From: Azolla caroliniana
Lineage: Eukaryota; Plantae; Polypodiophyta
Reading direction: 5' to 3'
DNA length: 64,000 bases
Assembly: GCA_043228905.1 (NCBI GenBank)
Contig: JBHGNT010000003.1
Location: 4,402,001-4,466,000 of the forward strand
The notes below the pieces were generated by a model that saw nothing but the letters and a program-made list of their open reading frames with translations, had not been told where the DNA came from and ran no database searches. This document shows positions 10,980 through 23,455 of this stretch, in pieces. Both the position numbers and the translations under genes were made by a program. The number at the start of each line of letters is the position of its first letter. The stretch's first letter is position 1.

Positions 10980-13789
10980 ACGGATGCGTTTCCATTACCA
11001 TTTACGGATGGTATATTGGATGCGGTAGCTGGCCATGAAGTATATAGTTTCCTAGATGGTTTTAGTGGTTATAATCAGGTTCGGATGAATCTAGAGGATC
11101 AAGAAAAGGCAACTTTTGTTACAGAATGGGGAGTGTTTGTAGCAGTAGTAATGATGTTTGGCTTGAAGACCGCTCCGACGACATTTGAAAGAGTGATATA
11201 GGAAATATTTGGGAATTACATTCTTGCCTTTATGCAAGTATTTTTGGATGATTTTGCTGTTTATAATCGGAAAACCGAACATTTTGAGTAGTTATGACTA
11301 TGCTTGGAGAAATGTCGGGAAGGACGGCTTAGTTTAAATCCGGCAAAATGTGCAGTCGAGGTCATTAGTGGCACATTATTAGGCCATATCGTCAGTCAGG
11401 AAGGAATTGCAGTGGACTTTGACAAGGTTAAGGCCATACTGGAAGCACCGGCACCCACAAATGCTAAAGCTCTGAGTCGGTTTTTGGGATAGATTAGATG
11501 GCACAGCCGAATGATAAGATATCTTGCGGATATCGCCATTCCCTTTCATACAGCAGTACACAAAGTTCCTTTTCAGTGGACAAGCGTGGAATAGGATGCA
11601 TTTGATTGTTTGAAGAAAATGTTGTCCAAAGTTCCAGTTGTTCAACCACCTAACTGGAATAAGCCATTCCATGTTTTTGTTGACGCATCGGACATTGCAA
11701 TCGGAAGTGCATTAATGCAGTTAACCGAACTGAATTGGTACATGCTATTTTACTATGCTAGTCGGAAACTCTCGACAGTAGAAAGAAATTACTCTACCAC
11801 TGAGAGGGAAGCTTTAGGAATGATATATAGTGTCAATAAATTTCAACACTATCTTTTGGGGAAAAAGTTTACATTTCATGTTGATCATTTGGCTCTTCTT
11901 TATTTGGTCTCGAAACAAGAGTTAACTGGCAAGTTAGTAAGATGGACTCTTCTACTCCAAGAATTCGAATTTGACATTTTACATCGGCCAGGAGTACAGG
12001 ATGTAGTGGCCGATTATCTCAGTCGATTGGAGTTAGGAGAAGAAGGCACAGGTGTCAAGGATGATTTTCCGGATGGTCAGCTTTTTCGAGTGGAAGCAAT
12101 AAATGCACAGGGTGTAAATGAAGAAAGTGAGGATGGTTGGATTTCAGAAATGACAATCTTTCTTACAACAGGGTTACCACCCAAACATCTATCGATAGAC
12201 GAAAGGAAAAGGTTGGCAGTACGGAGTCGTAATTTTTGTCTTTTAAACGACACTTTGTATCATAAAGGAGCAGATGGTATTTGGAGAAGAATAGTACGAC
12301 AATTCGAAAAATTGGTCATTCTTCGGGAATCGCATTATGGAATTGCAGGAGGACACTATGCTGTAGAAACCACAACAAGAAAAGTATGGAACAGTGGCTT
12401 ATGGTGGCCGACAATGATGAAGGATGCAGTCGAATATTGTCGGAAATGTGATTTATGCCAACGTATGGGACAAGCAACGGAAAGGGACCGAATGCCATTT
12501 CAACCTGTGTTACCTCTTGAACCTTTCTAGAAATGGGATTTGGATTTTGTAGGCCCATTCAAACTGGTAGCAATAAGAATAGGCAATAGATATATTATAG
12601 TGGCTACTGACTACTGTACGAAGTGGGTAGAAGCTAAAGCTCTTAGGGATAATACAATAGCTTCAACAACAAAATTTTTGTACAAAAGTATATGGTGTCG
12701 ATTCGGCTGCCCAATAAAATTAATGAGTGATCAAGGTACGCATTTCATTAACAAACTTGTTCATGAATTGTCTACCTACTATGTAGTGGTTCATAAGAAA
12801 AGCATGCCTTACTATCCACAAGCGAATGGATTGGCAGAGTCGACAAACATAACCCTACATACGATACTCAAGAAGATAGTAAATGAGAATCGTATGGACT
12901 GGGATCAAAGGTTGCATAGTGCTTTATGGGCATATCGCACGTCGTACAAAACATCTATTAAGTCAACACCTTTCCGAATGGCTTTTGGATTGGAGGCAGT
13001 TATGCCAATCGAATTCCAGATTCCGACTTTCCGAATATAAGCAACCGAAAAATTAAATGAACTTTAGTCGGAGCAAATTCGGAAAGAATCTTTATTGCTG
13101 TTAGAAGAGGACCGAATACAAGCTATGACAGCTTTGGAGCACAAGCAAAGACAAACGAAGGCATTTGTAAATCGACACCGACCAAAAACCGAATCTCAAT
13201 TCGGAATCGGGAAACCAGTACTAGTTTTCCAGACCAAGATGGGGGCGATGCTAGGAAAACTTCGGTATAGATGGATGTGACCAGTTTGGATCGTGAACAG
13301 TAAAAATGGTACGTATCAACTGGGAGCCCTATCAAGTGAGATTTTACTGAAATGGGTAAATGGTTTCCGGCTTAAACCATATCATGGACACATGCTGGAA
13401 AACCCATTCAAGGCCGAATAGCAAGAAAAGTAAAAAAAAAAAAAAAAAACTAACTATAGAATATTTTCTTGCCAAATCATAACTAACTATCACGAAGAGA
13501 TTCTTAGAGTAATTTCAAAAGGCTATAAGTAAAAGTAGTGGAGGTATATTACTATTAGTCATTATTACTATTTCTAGCCATCACTCCACTAGTACGCCTA
13601 GTCATTACAACATTAATAGTACTTTTATTCCCTAGGCATCAAGCAAAAAATTAATCTCTTAAAACCTATTTCTGTAATGACTGTTTCACCACAGAAGTAG
13701 AAACGCATTCGAGCTCACAGGTTTTCTGATTTTAGTCGCCATAGCCCACAACGTTTCTCACAGCCATTACTGAGTGACGATCTGTCAAT

Positions 13790-16440
13790 CGACGATGACA
13801 ACATGCCGATTGTCGTGTCTGACAACTTGCGCCGCTGACTCGTTCGCAATAAGTTACAGGGATTTTTGAAAGTCGCAGAAGCAGAGCCGCACCTGAACGC
13901 TGAAGCTCTGTTGGTAGAAATCGATGTCTCGACGATCACGAATAAGAAGGTAAGAGCCGTGTTGGAGATGCCAAGAGGCGGGTTCGACGCTGTCAACAAG
14001 GTCAAAGAGGATGTTCTGTGGTCCTATTTCGGTGAATACTCGCCCTTTGCCAAAGCGTATCAGACACAAGGAGGTAGGGACGTGGTTTTTCATTGTAGTT
14101 GCAAATTTTTTATTGGAAGTAGGGTTTGTTAGTCCCAAATTCTACTGTATGCCCAAAAAGACAACCGGATTTATTATCGCCGCTTATGAAGGCGAAGCTT
14201 TCGATTGGGGGCTACTGTCGGCAGATGCTTTGAGAGAGCAACTAAACGGAGTTCAGAAAGGAGAACAAATGAAACCGATTTTTGCTTGTTGGTTATCGGT
14301 ATTGTTTCCGACTTCAGAGCCGGAAAACCGATCAGAGGTGCGTCGGCCGCCTCAGGTACAATCATCCCGAACCCGACGACAAGTCCAATGGGAAGAGTGG
14401 AGGGAAGAAGAATCAATGCAGGACGATACCACTAAGACCGAATTTGACCAACTGGACCCAAGGCACCAACAAGAATCGAAACAACAACAGTCGACGCAGT
14501 CTCAACAGTCAATACCGCAACCCGAACTTGCCTAGCAACCGTCGACTCAACCGCCGGAGTTTCAACCACAGAGCATGCAACAACGAGGGATGACAGACGA
14601 GCAATCGTCACAGCAGCAGGAATCAAGACGAGTTGACATTGACCAGCAACCGCCGAAGCAATGCAGGGTGAAACAACGGTCCCAAAGATACTCTAGAGTA
14701 GAGCAAGAACAACCTGCGTAGAAGAAAAGGAGAACTAACGATCAAGCCGTCCAAAGCACACAAGTACCTCGTGTCAATCCAGATGACACGCCATGAGTTC
14801 AAAAAGGGCAGGCATCAATGACAACGGGGCAAGAGGCACTCAGTTTATCGACATCTCGGCAACAACATATGAGCTAGCTGCCATTCAGCAGTTCGGAACA
14901 TCATATGAACTGGTAGAATGGTTAGCTAAAAGACTTCAAGAAGTGTCGGAAAGAATGGCGCAAGAGCACAGAGATCAAATAATGATCCAAAAGTCATTAT
15001 GTGGAGCTGTTGAACCAAACGAACAAGCGGAAGTGGATAGAATTGGTCGACAACGAAATGCTAAAAATAGAGGTGAAGCCATTCAGATACCACCATTACA
15101 TGAGGCACTGGTGGAAGTCCATCGAGAATATGAAAAGGCTAGCAGAGCGGCCAGGGATATGGCCGAATTATACAAATAGGCTACAACAACTGCATATGTG
15201 CTTAATGCACAATATAAACGGACACAGGTAGAGAATCAACAGTTGAAGAATAAACTGCAAGAAGAACAAGTGGCTCTAGGAAAAACGAGAGAACAAATAT
15301 TACAGCCAGAGTCACAAAGACAACCTTTGGAGACGGATTCAGAATTACAAAAGAGGTTGGACCAAGCCGAAAAAGCACGAAGAGAGGCAAAAATAGGGCA
15401 GAAAAGACCGAGGACAAGTCCAAAGAGATGGAGGCTCGATTACAATCGGCAACAACGGTGGCCGACAGATTTTTGGGGGAAAAAGATAATGTAATACAAG
15501 AATTACGTCGATAGTTAGCCCAACAACAAGAGGCTACAAGGCAACAAGTCGAGGAACTGGAAGAGTATGTCAAGAGCCAAGAGACTTGTTTTACAACACA
15601 GTTGGCTGGTAAAGACAAACTGATAGACGAAATCAACGAGAAAATAATCCAACAACAGAACGACTTGAATGAAGAGAAAGCGAAGCTGGAAAACCGATGT
15701 GTAGAGATTCAAACGGTCTCCGAGAAAAGGCGACTTGACCTCTTAGTGGCACAAGCTAAACTGATGCAGGTAGAAGGACATACCAATGCGGTAATCATTG
15801 ATTTGAGGAAAACATTGGCAACATCACAGTTTGAGGCTAGAATGACTCAAGATAGGGTTCAAGCGATCATTAGATGTCACCGAATTAACACCCTAAAATT
15901 GTTCAATGAATTGCTGGAGAAGGGTTGGCAAACATGGTCGGCGTAAGCCGCAGAGCTTCAACTATTAAGAGCCGACAGAGAAAATAGGAAAGTTCAGGGC
16001 AAAGGCTTCCTCAAGATGTCGGAGGAAGCAATGGCAACAATTCAGGAAGATATTGCTAAGGACCTATACGACATGGCGGCTTATTTTAAAGAAGAAATTA
16101 ACCGAGTCATGCAGGAATTCAACAAGCATGATGTCGAGACATCTGTCGAGTTAGACAATATCGAAGCCGAAAGAATAACCAAAACACCTGGACTCGGAGC
16201 ACCGGAGTCAGCAGAGCCAAGACCATCAACTGAAGAAACCTGCCAGGTAAACGACGAGGAGGACACCGAAGATGAAGATGAAGATGACGTAGGCATGGCA
16301 ACACAGGAAGCAGAACCCTCCTTATTCGACATTTTGCAGGACGACGCAAACGATGATTTGGAGATGGAGGAAGATCTTTCCTCCGAGCATAAGATCCTCC
16401 GAGCATCAGGAGTAAAGGGTTCCGTGGGTTCGTCGGACAA
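13790..16440 (+). pseudogene. Element B 3' accessory ORF: conserved N-terminal domain, Q/R-rich linker, long coiled coil, acidic tail; fragmented
   Basis: ORFs 13866-14132, 14011-14535, 15001-15494, 15602-15946 and 16016-16570 lie between the integrase stop and the 3' LTR. The N-terminal part is homologous to 63242-63808. Confidence 0.7.
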
Positions 16441-16465
16441 CGTCTTGGCCCAGGGGCGTGCCAAG

Positions 16466-16916
16466 TGTTACCTGGACAAGCATAGATACGTCCGAGTCGG
16501 AAGGATGTTCAGAGTCGGATTGACAGTTCGGATCGATCACTTAGCAGATAGCCGAATAAGACATAGTTAGTTATGAAGTTTTGTAATTCTTGTAATTATA
16601 GGCAATAGGATTTCTTGATGAGATAAAACCTTCGGGTTACCTATAAAAGGAAACCAAAGGCATTGTAAAGATCTATCATTGTAATTAGTAATATAAAGTT
16701 TGGTTAGGAAATCTCTGTGTACGGATTACTTTTTGCCATCTATTTCCTTTTGTCTAAACTATATTACATAAGTCACGATCTCGGTGTTTGTTATCACTGA
16801 TAAGTTTACAGATAATTAGTATCTATTCATCTAACCAAAACTTCTTGATAGAACGTTCGGTACGAATGTTCGTCTTATACTGTGTCGGCAAAGTAGTAAT
16901 CGTCGACCGAACAACA
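16466..16916 (+). repeat. 3' LTR of B (~451 bp)
   Basis: TGTTAC...ACAACA termini, TATAAAA at ~16642, and integrase-coding sequence of D resumes directly after it. Confidence 0.75.
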
Positions 16917-17598
16917 CTGTTAGACCCTTTTATCATTAATAGAAAAAGGAATGATGTCACCTTTTGGCTTGATCTACCTCCACAATTATGGATAGATCCA
17001 GTATTTCATAGTTCTCTTAGAACCATGTCAAATAAGTTCTATTCCAAATCGTACTACACCACCTCCGCCCCCAATCGAACTTGTAGATGGACCAGAGTAC
17101 GAAGTTGCTGCTATCCTCGATTCCAAGATTGTTCGCAACAATCTCTACTATTTGGTGGATTGGCTAGAATATAGTCCAATTGATTGTGCTTGGGAACCAA
17201 TTGAGAATCAAATGCTCAAGCCCTTCTTGAGGATTTTCATCGGCAGTATCCAGACAAACCAAGTCCTCAATTAAAGATGACTCGTAAGACTCATTGTTCA
17301 AAGAGGGGAATAGTGTCATGAGATGGCGTAAAAAGAATTGAACCCATGACCTTATGGTACATGGGTTGAGGCCATACAATTAAGATAACCATTGTAATAC
17401 ATAAATATTATTTTCATTTATTATTCCATTAGGAAAAATTCATACATATATTCTAGATTAGTCTAGAACATTCTAGAAACTTTAGCAATCTCCTGTTAAT
17501 GCTATAAATAGAGGCATATAGTACTATTCAAAACCAATTCTGTTCAACACCAGTCTTAAGCCTCTTAACTACTCCTATCCTTGTATTTCCTTTTGACA
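16917..17598 (+). mobile_element. Element D: 3' remnant of a chromovirus (Tcn1-like) Gypsy comprising integrase C-terminus, chromodomain, PPT and 3' LTR
   Basis: Degenerate GPF...LDLPPQL.I.PVFH.SLL motif, then PEYEVAAILDSKIVRNNLYYLVDW...WEP (chromodomain). PPT AAAGAGGGGAATAG. LTR TGTCA (17314)...TGACA (17598). Confidence 0.85.
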
Positions 17599-17671
17599 TA
17601 TAATATAGTTCTCGTTTATCATACTTCTCTCTCTCTCTATCTCTCTCTGTCTTTGTTTTTATTGTAATTAC

Positions 17672-17730
17672 TTTACCCTAGTGGTAAGTTGTTAGCACTA
17701 CAAGCACTACGTTCTGGGTTCGAAACCCAA
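17672..17730 (+). other. Degenerate tRNA/SINE-like A-box and B-box remnant
   Basis: CCTAGTGGTAAG...GGGTTCGAAACCC with tRNA-like spacing; no complete cloverleaf. Confidence 0.3.
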
Positions 17731-18246
17731 CTTTTTCACCTCTTTATTATATACTTCTTATATATCTCTTAATTCACTAGATGCCACTGTGGAATGTAGG
17801 GGTTGAACCCATGACCACCTCGTCTCCATTGGGCTACATCCATCTGGGCTCTCTCTCTCTCTCTCTCTCTAACGCTGCTACCAACGGCTCTTTTTGCCGC
17901 CTGTCGTCGTCACTGTCTGAAGCCATCGTCGTAACTGTCACTACTGCCACCACCATCGTTTGTCGTCTTTGTCGCTACCGTCGTCTGTCGTTATCGTTAC
18001 CGCCGCCACCGTCACTCCTGTCGTTGTCGTCCTTTGCTGCCGTTGTTGTTTGTTTTGTAGTCATTGCCGTTGTTGTTGTTATTGTCAACCGCTACTGTCA
18101 CCTACGCTTCTGATGGCGTCGTTGGTTGAGTAAACGAGAGAGTATAAATGTGCTTCTACACTTGTACCTAGCGTGCATGGCACCGATACTTGGCCAAGTT
18201 TTCTGTCCTTTTTGTCTTTTCTTTCTTTTATGTTTTGAATTACAAC

Positions 18247-19025
18247 ATGACTTCTAGACGAAACCATAAGGAAACACACGAAGAAATTATAAGTAAGGAA
18301 GAATTTTTAGATGTCCTTAACCGTTTAGTTAAAATAGAAAAATGGGCGAGAGAGATTGAGGCTGAAAAACAAAAAGATAAGGAAGAAAAAGAAGTGATTA
18401 TTGCTGAAATATTGAAACTTAAAGTAGACAACATGAACCTTCAAAAACAAGTTAAGGACCTTGAGACATCTAGGGAAGGTGAAATATCTTCCCTAGAGGA
18501 TATTAAGGACGAGATAAAAAAGGTTAAGGAAGAGGTTAAAAGCGATATGGAATTAGCAAAAACTGGGTGGGTTGATGTAGTAAAACGTAATATTAAAAGG
18601 AACTAAAGGATGAAAATATTGTAAACACTACCATTGAGGAGGAAAAAATGTGTCAAGCTCAACATCTAAATGTACCAGTTACTGGGCTCAAGGAAGGGGC
18701 ATCTCCCGACGAAAATGCACAAACATTAGGGAAAATGTTGGGGTACAACGCCCTACCAATCACTAAAACTTGGAGGGTAGGACGTGACACCACTAGGAAA
18801 AGAGTGTTGGTCCTTCGGTTTAAGGACTCAGAATCTAGAATCACATTTTTTAAAAAGAGACCAATTCTTCGAGGATTGGGCGGGGACCCTATCTACCTCG
18901 ATGAAGACCTGACCAAGATGCAAATTGAGCATCGTAAAACTTGTATGCCACGAGTCATACAAGCTCGTAAAGTGCTTTTTACCGAGACGGACGTGTGATA
19001 ATAAATGATCGTGCCGCCAATTGAC
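18247..19025 (+). pseudogene. LINE ORF1 (coiled coil plus probable RRM/CTD), frameshifted
   Basis: ORFs 18190-18606 and 18648-18998 (RVGR...RVLVLRF...IYLDEDLT). Confidence 0.75.
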
Positions 19026-19049
19026 GGCGTGTGGCCCATGTGACAGACA

Positions 19050-22000
19050 ATAAACTTAGGATGACTTTATAGAACTGTAACAGTGCACTTTGGTCACACC
19101 CTGACCGTCTAGAGGAGATTTTGAAGGTATCTGACATACTTTTTTAGTAGAAACACATCAGAGTCCAAATCGAGGACTACCACGAGTTGATGGTTTTCGT
19201 TGGGAATCTGTCTTTAGACAAACCTCATGTTGACACACTACTAGAGGGTCTGGAGGGGTTGCGATACTATTTCGGAGAGAGATACATAATAGGATAGAAA
19301 TACTAAAGACAAACCCAAAAGCCCGTTTTATGTGGGTGAAAGTCCTCACTAGCAAGGATTAGGCGACATTTATCGCCGTTTGTTACTTCCCCCCGAAAGG
19401 ATCCCGGTATAATATGGCTGGAGAGGCGAGCATAGTTGATGAAGGAACACTACATGGGCCTTCTCCATACGAACCTTTATTGGATGACATAATCCGATAT
19501 TCTTCTCAAGGGGAAGTGTTCCTTGTAGGAGATTTCAATGCGAGAACCCAATCCCGACAATGCACAATATTTCAAATGGATAGAAACCTAGAAATGGTGA
19601 ATGTTGACCCTTTAGAGTTAAACATAACACGTACATCAAAGGATCAAGGTGCGGACGCCACAAGCTTTGGCCATCATCTCCTTGAACTTGGAAGCCGACA
19701 CTAGATGATCATATATATTGGCTTAGCCAAGTGGTTGGGCTCGGAAGAGCTCACATGTTTCCCACATGGAGGAGGGGAAAGCACAATTGATTACCTAATA
19801 GGATGCCCTGAAGCTACCCACATGGTTAATTCCTTCCGGGTGGCCCCATGCCCCATTGCTGTAGACCATAGCTTCCTATACTTTGAGTTAAAATGCGACA
19901 CCTCCCACACCACCAACTCTAGTAAACCAAACCATCACACCATAATACATTTCATGCATGAGCTCGCTGACATCTACTCCCGACATGTTCAAGACCATCT
20001 CTCCTCTTTTGATTCTTCTTTGCCTTTAGAGAACCTCACTACAGAACTCACACACATCCTTCACTCAGCACCAATTAGTAGCTTCCCATACACGAAACAC
20101 TCCAATCATAGTAGAACATGGTCTATGCCACAAAACAAGTGGTATGATGAGGATTGTAGAGAGTTGTATAGACAACTTCAAGTGTCACGACTTAGTGGTA
20201 CTATTTCCTCAGTACAGGCTCGCAAAGAGATGCTCAAGATGACACGTCATAAAAGACGAGCTTGGGAAACATCTCAATATTGGGAACTCTACCATATGCT
20301 CATGAGTAGGGACCGCGCCCTTGCATGGAAGAGTCTACGGGAACTGTGACCACAAGCACCTATCGAGGATCCCAATATTTGGCACATATATCGAGAGACT
20401 CTACCATGTCCCGAACCAACCACCCATTCCAATGCCTTCCACATCTCGACCTACCATGGGGACACTTTTCACGACCTCTAGGGTCGCGAAGGTTATAAAA
20501 AAATTACAACATAGGAAATCCATGGACCACATAGGATTGCGAGCCGAGCACATCATATATGCTCGAGAGTGCCTAGCTCCCTTTCTCACTCTAATCTTCA
20601 ACTGTGCCCTCACCGAGGGTTTTCCACCACAATGGACCATGAACACAGTGGCCCCTATACATAAAAGAAGGGGATCCAATGGACCCAAATACATATAGGA
20701 CCATTATGATAGGTCATATGCTCGCTAAACTATATGGTGCAGTAATGGAAGTGGAGCTCAGTGATTATATGGAAACATTAAGTCTTCGGGCACCTGAGTA
20801 GGCTGGCTTTAGATGAGCCTTCTCCACTATTGACCATATCTTCACACTTAGGTGCTTAATTGACCAGACGAAGGCTCGTAAGAAGAAACTATATTGTTAC
20901 TTTGTGCACGTCCACAAAGCCTTTGACACAGTTCCCAGGGAGAGGTTGTTTGATAGACTTAAGAGCTTGGAGATACCAAATGACATGTTCTAGGCCATTT
21001 ATGCCCTATATGAGCAAGTCTCTGGGTGCGTAAGATGCCCAGGTGGCCTATCCGATTGTTTCACTAGCACCATTGGTGTAAAACAGGGTTGCCCCCTATC
21101 GCCAACTCTTTTTGGGATCTACATTGATGAGATAACTAATTTTATTGCTCGTAAGGGAGGCAAGGGAGTAGCTATTGTGGATACGCAGGTTAGTCTCTTA
21201 CTCTACACAGACGACATTGTCTTGCTCTCGGAGTCGGAACACGACCTACAAAAGCATCTTAATACCCTAGATGACTTTTGTACACAACGAGCACTGGTAG
21301 TGAATCTAGCGAAAACTAAAGTCCTTATCTTTCATACATCGTCCCGAGTTAGGAGTAAATGTCACCTAATCCTCTCTCATAAACTAGTTGAGGTAGTTGG
21401 ATCATATGTATACTTGGGAGTCACTTTTAGTGCTCACTCAAGTAAATTCTCGATGACCAAGGCAGCCAAAGATAGGCTAATGAGAGGGTATGCATCCCTC
21501 TCACTCTTAGAGAGACAATGTCACCATGCATACTTTCAAGAGCCACAGGCTAAGGGATGGCTCTTCGACTCATTAGTGACCCCTTCCCTCATGTATGCAT
21601 TAGTAGTATGGGCTCCAGGTCTACCATCTTTCATGTGGACGCAATTAGAGAGACCTTTGGTGATGATGTTATCACGTCAACTCCGAAGCAAATCGAAAGT
21701 TCCACATGACATTATTAGAGCAGAGTTCAGTCTGCCCCCGATGTTAGTAGAAGCACTTTTTCAAGTGGTAGTTTTTATTCATCGGATACATAACCAACCA
21801 CAAGATAGGATATCCTGTCGAGCCTTTGAGACATCCTGATCCCTACATGCGTTTGGAGACACTAGCTCTTGGTATAGCACTGTGGTGAGTTGGTTACTTG
21901 CAAACGGCATAGACATTAATAACCTACCTCCCCTTAAGTACAACCATGGGACTGATCAAACTCTAATCTCTCATGAAGACCGTAATAAAGTGATACGCCA

Positions 22001-22766
22001 AGAAATATGGCAAATTTACACTCGATATAAATGGATCACCCCACGAGAGCCACTCCTATCTAAAATGTTGCACTATAAGGAAGACTTCTTGCACTTCTCT
22101 AAGTTAGGTTTTATTACACGACCAAGATATCTAGATACATTCTTATGAAATGCCATTGGACAACTTACAATATCATCTCACCAACTTGAGATTGAGAATG
22201 GTCGGGCTAATAGAGTCCCTAGAGAGGAAATGCTATGTAGGTTATGCCACATAAAGATAAAGGATAAGCATCACTTCACATGCAAGTGCCCAACTTATGC
22301 CGAGATACGGGCGGAATACCAAGACATATTAAGACCCTCTCCCACCCACTCCAAACTATTAGATACCCTAGATGTAAAGAGACTAGGTAGGTATATCTTC
22401 GAGCTAAAACAACATAGGGAGAATAAATTATAAAGTGTTAACCATAACCCTTTTACTATTCATCAACATATAACTAGTGTAATTTTTCAGGAACAAGGGG
22501 AGACGATGAATGTGGATACACTTATGCTGCTCGGCCTCTCTCTTGAGGAAGCATAAATGCAAAGAACAACCAAACACCCTCGAATGTTGGGCTTCAAAAC
22601 AAGTCGACACAGAATAGAAAAGATTAAGAAGATAAGGGAATGTGAGCTACGTCGACTAGAAGCTATGGTTGGGGTACCTTTTACATTGGGACCACGGGCC
22701 ACATCCACATCGAAACCCTTTGACCTCCCGCGTCTCTTCGAGAGACTTGGATGGAAATGTAATTAG
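19050..22766 (+). pseudogene. LINE ORF2 (endonuclease, RT, zinc finger, basic tail)
   Basis: Motif-bearing fragments 19414-19704, 19705-20349, 21177-21839 and 22230-22433. The frame continues across two TAA codons to 22766. Confidence 0.85.
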
Positions 22767-22952
22767 GCCTAGTATAACATCATTTTCATGGTAGAACATG
22801 CTTGTTATTTTACTAGAACTATTTAGCTTAAAACTCTATTTTTATGTTATTTTTATTTTTATTTTTTACTTTTGATGAATGGGTAAATATCCCATTTTTT
22901 GTTGTAAACCATTTGTCTCATGGGCCAATTTTGGCCTTAGAAGACGTTAATA

Positions 22953-22991
<39 letters not shown>

Positions 22992-23104
22992 TCTCTATCT
23001 CTAGTACTAATCCTGACAATATTCTCTCTTTCTCTCTCTAATAATCTCATGATGAGTCCTTTCTATCTTTAGTATTAATCCTCTTTGTCTTTAGTACTAC
23101 TCCT

Positions 23105-23455
23105 TGTCGAATATTGGTCTATAATGGCCGTATTCACATTGTATCTTGGACAAACTAGATTTAGTACAATTTTATAAATATGGCAAAGGGTAGTTGCCCT
23201 AGCCCGATTAGTATGTATTGGGCTTTGTAACCTAGTTTGTTTTTTGGGTTATTCAGTTTTGGTTGTTACCGCGATTCATTTATAACTTGGAGCTTGAATA
23301 AAACAATTACATCTTATGTGCCTCTCTATCTCTCCATCTCTGTTTCTCTCTCTCACACTGTCTATCTGATCTTGCTACTTCTACCTTGCTAACTAGGTGA
23401 TCTTTATCTCAAGGAGTTGTTTATGTTTTTGCTCGGACAGCCTCAGACTCCAACA
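23105..23455 (+). repeat. 5' LTR of E1
   Basis: TG...CA termini; diverged repeat of 35378-35693 (roughly 90% by eye). Confidence 0.92.

Larger units (their letters stand above)
5747..13421 (+). pseudogene. Element B gag-pol with multiple stops, split by element C
   Basis: The RT motif AATIT|DAFPLPF is restored when 7297-10983 is removed. ORFs 6080-6520, 6855-7304, 11016-11201, 11610-12530, 12540-13040. Confidence 0.9.
5747..16916 (+). mobile_element. Element B: Ty3/Gypsy non-chromovirus of the same lineage as A; 5' part lies beyond A; interrupted by C; carries a 3' accessory ORF
   Basis: Gag knuckle CYICRQTGHYANQCP at ~5790, protease IIDGGSG at ~6290, RT 6855-7296 plus 10984-11500, RNase H and integrase 11610-13420, 3' LTR 16466-16916. 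Confidence 0.92.
17871..22985 (+). mobile_element. Near full-length decayed LINE (APE-type, RTE-X-like) with ORF1, ORF2 and a (CTTT)n tail
   Basis: Coiled-coil ORF1, endonuclease motifs GDFNAR and STIDY..DH, RT motifs GVKQGCPLSPTLF and LLYTDD, C-terminal CRLCH...HHFTCKC, simple-repeat tail ~22955-22985, 5' flank (CT)n. The clade call is tentative. Confidence 0.88.

Noticed and set aside
13790-16440. True retroviral envelope gene
   Set aside because: No signal peptide, furin site with fusion peptide, or C-terminal transmembrane helix is visible; kept as an accessory ORF only.
17672-17830. Functional tRNA gene
   Set aside because: Only A/B-box-like remnants; no acceptor or anticodon stems could be folded.
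22470-22495. Splice acceptor (TTTTTCAG) for an extra LINE exon
   Set aside because: The downstream frame is already contiguous with ORF2, so no intron is needed.
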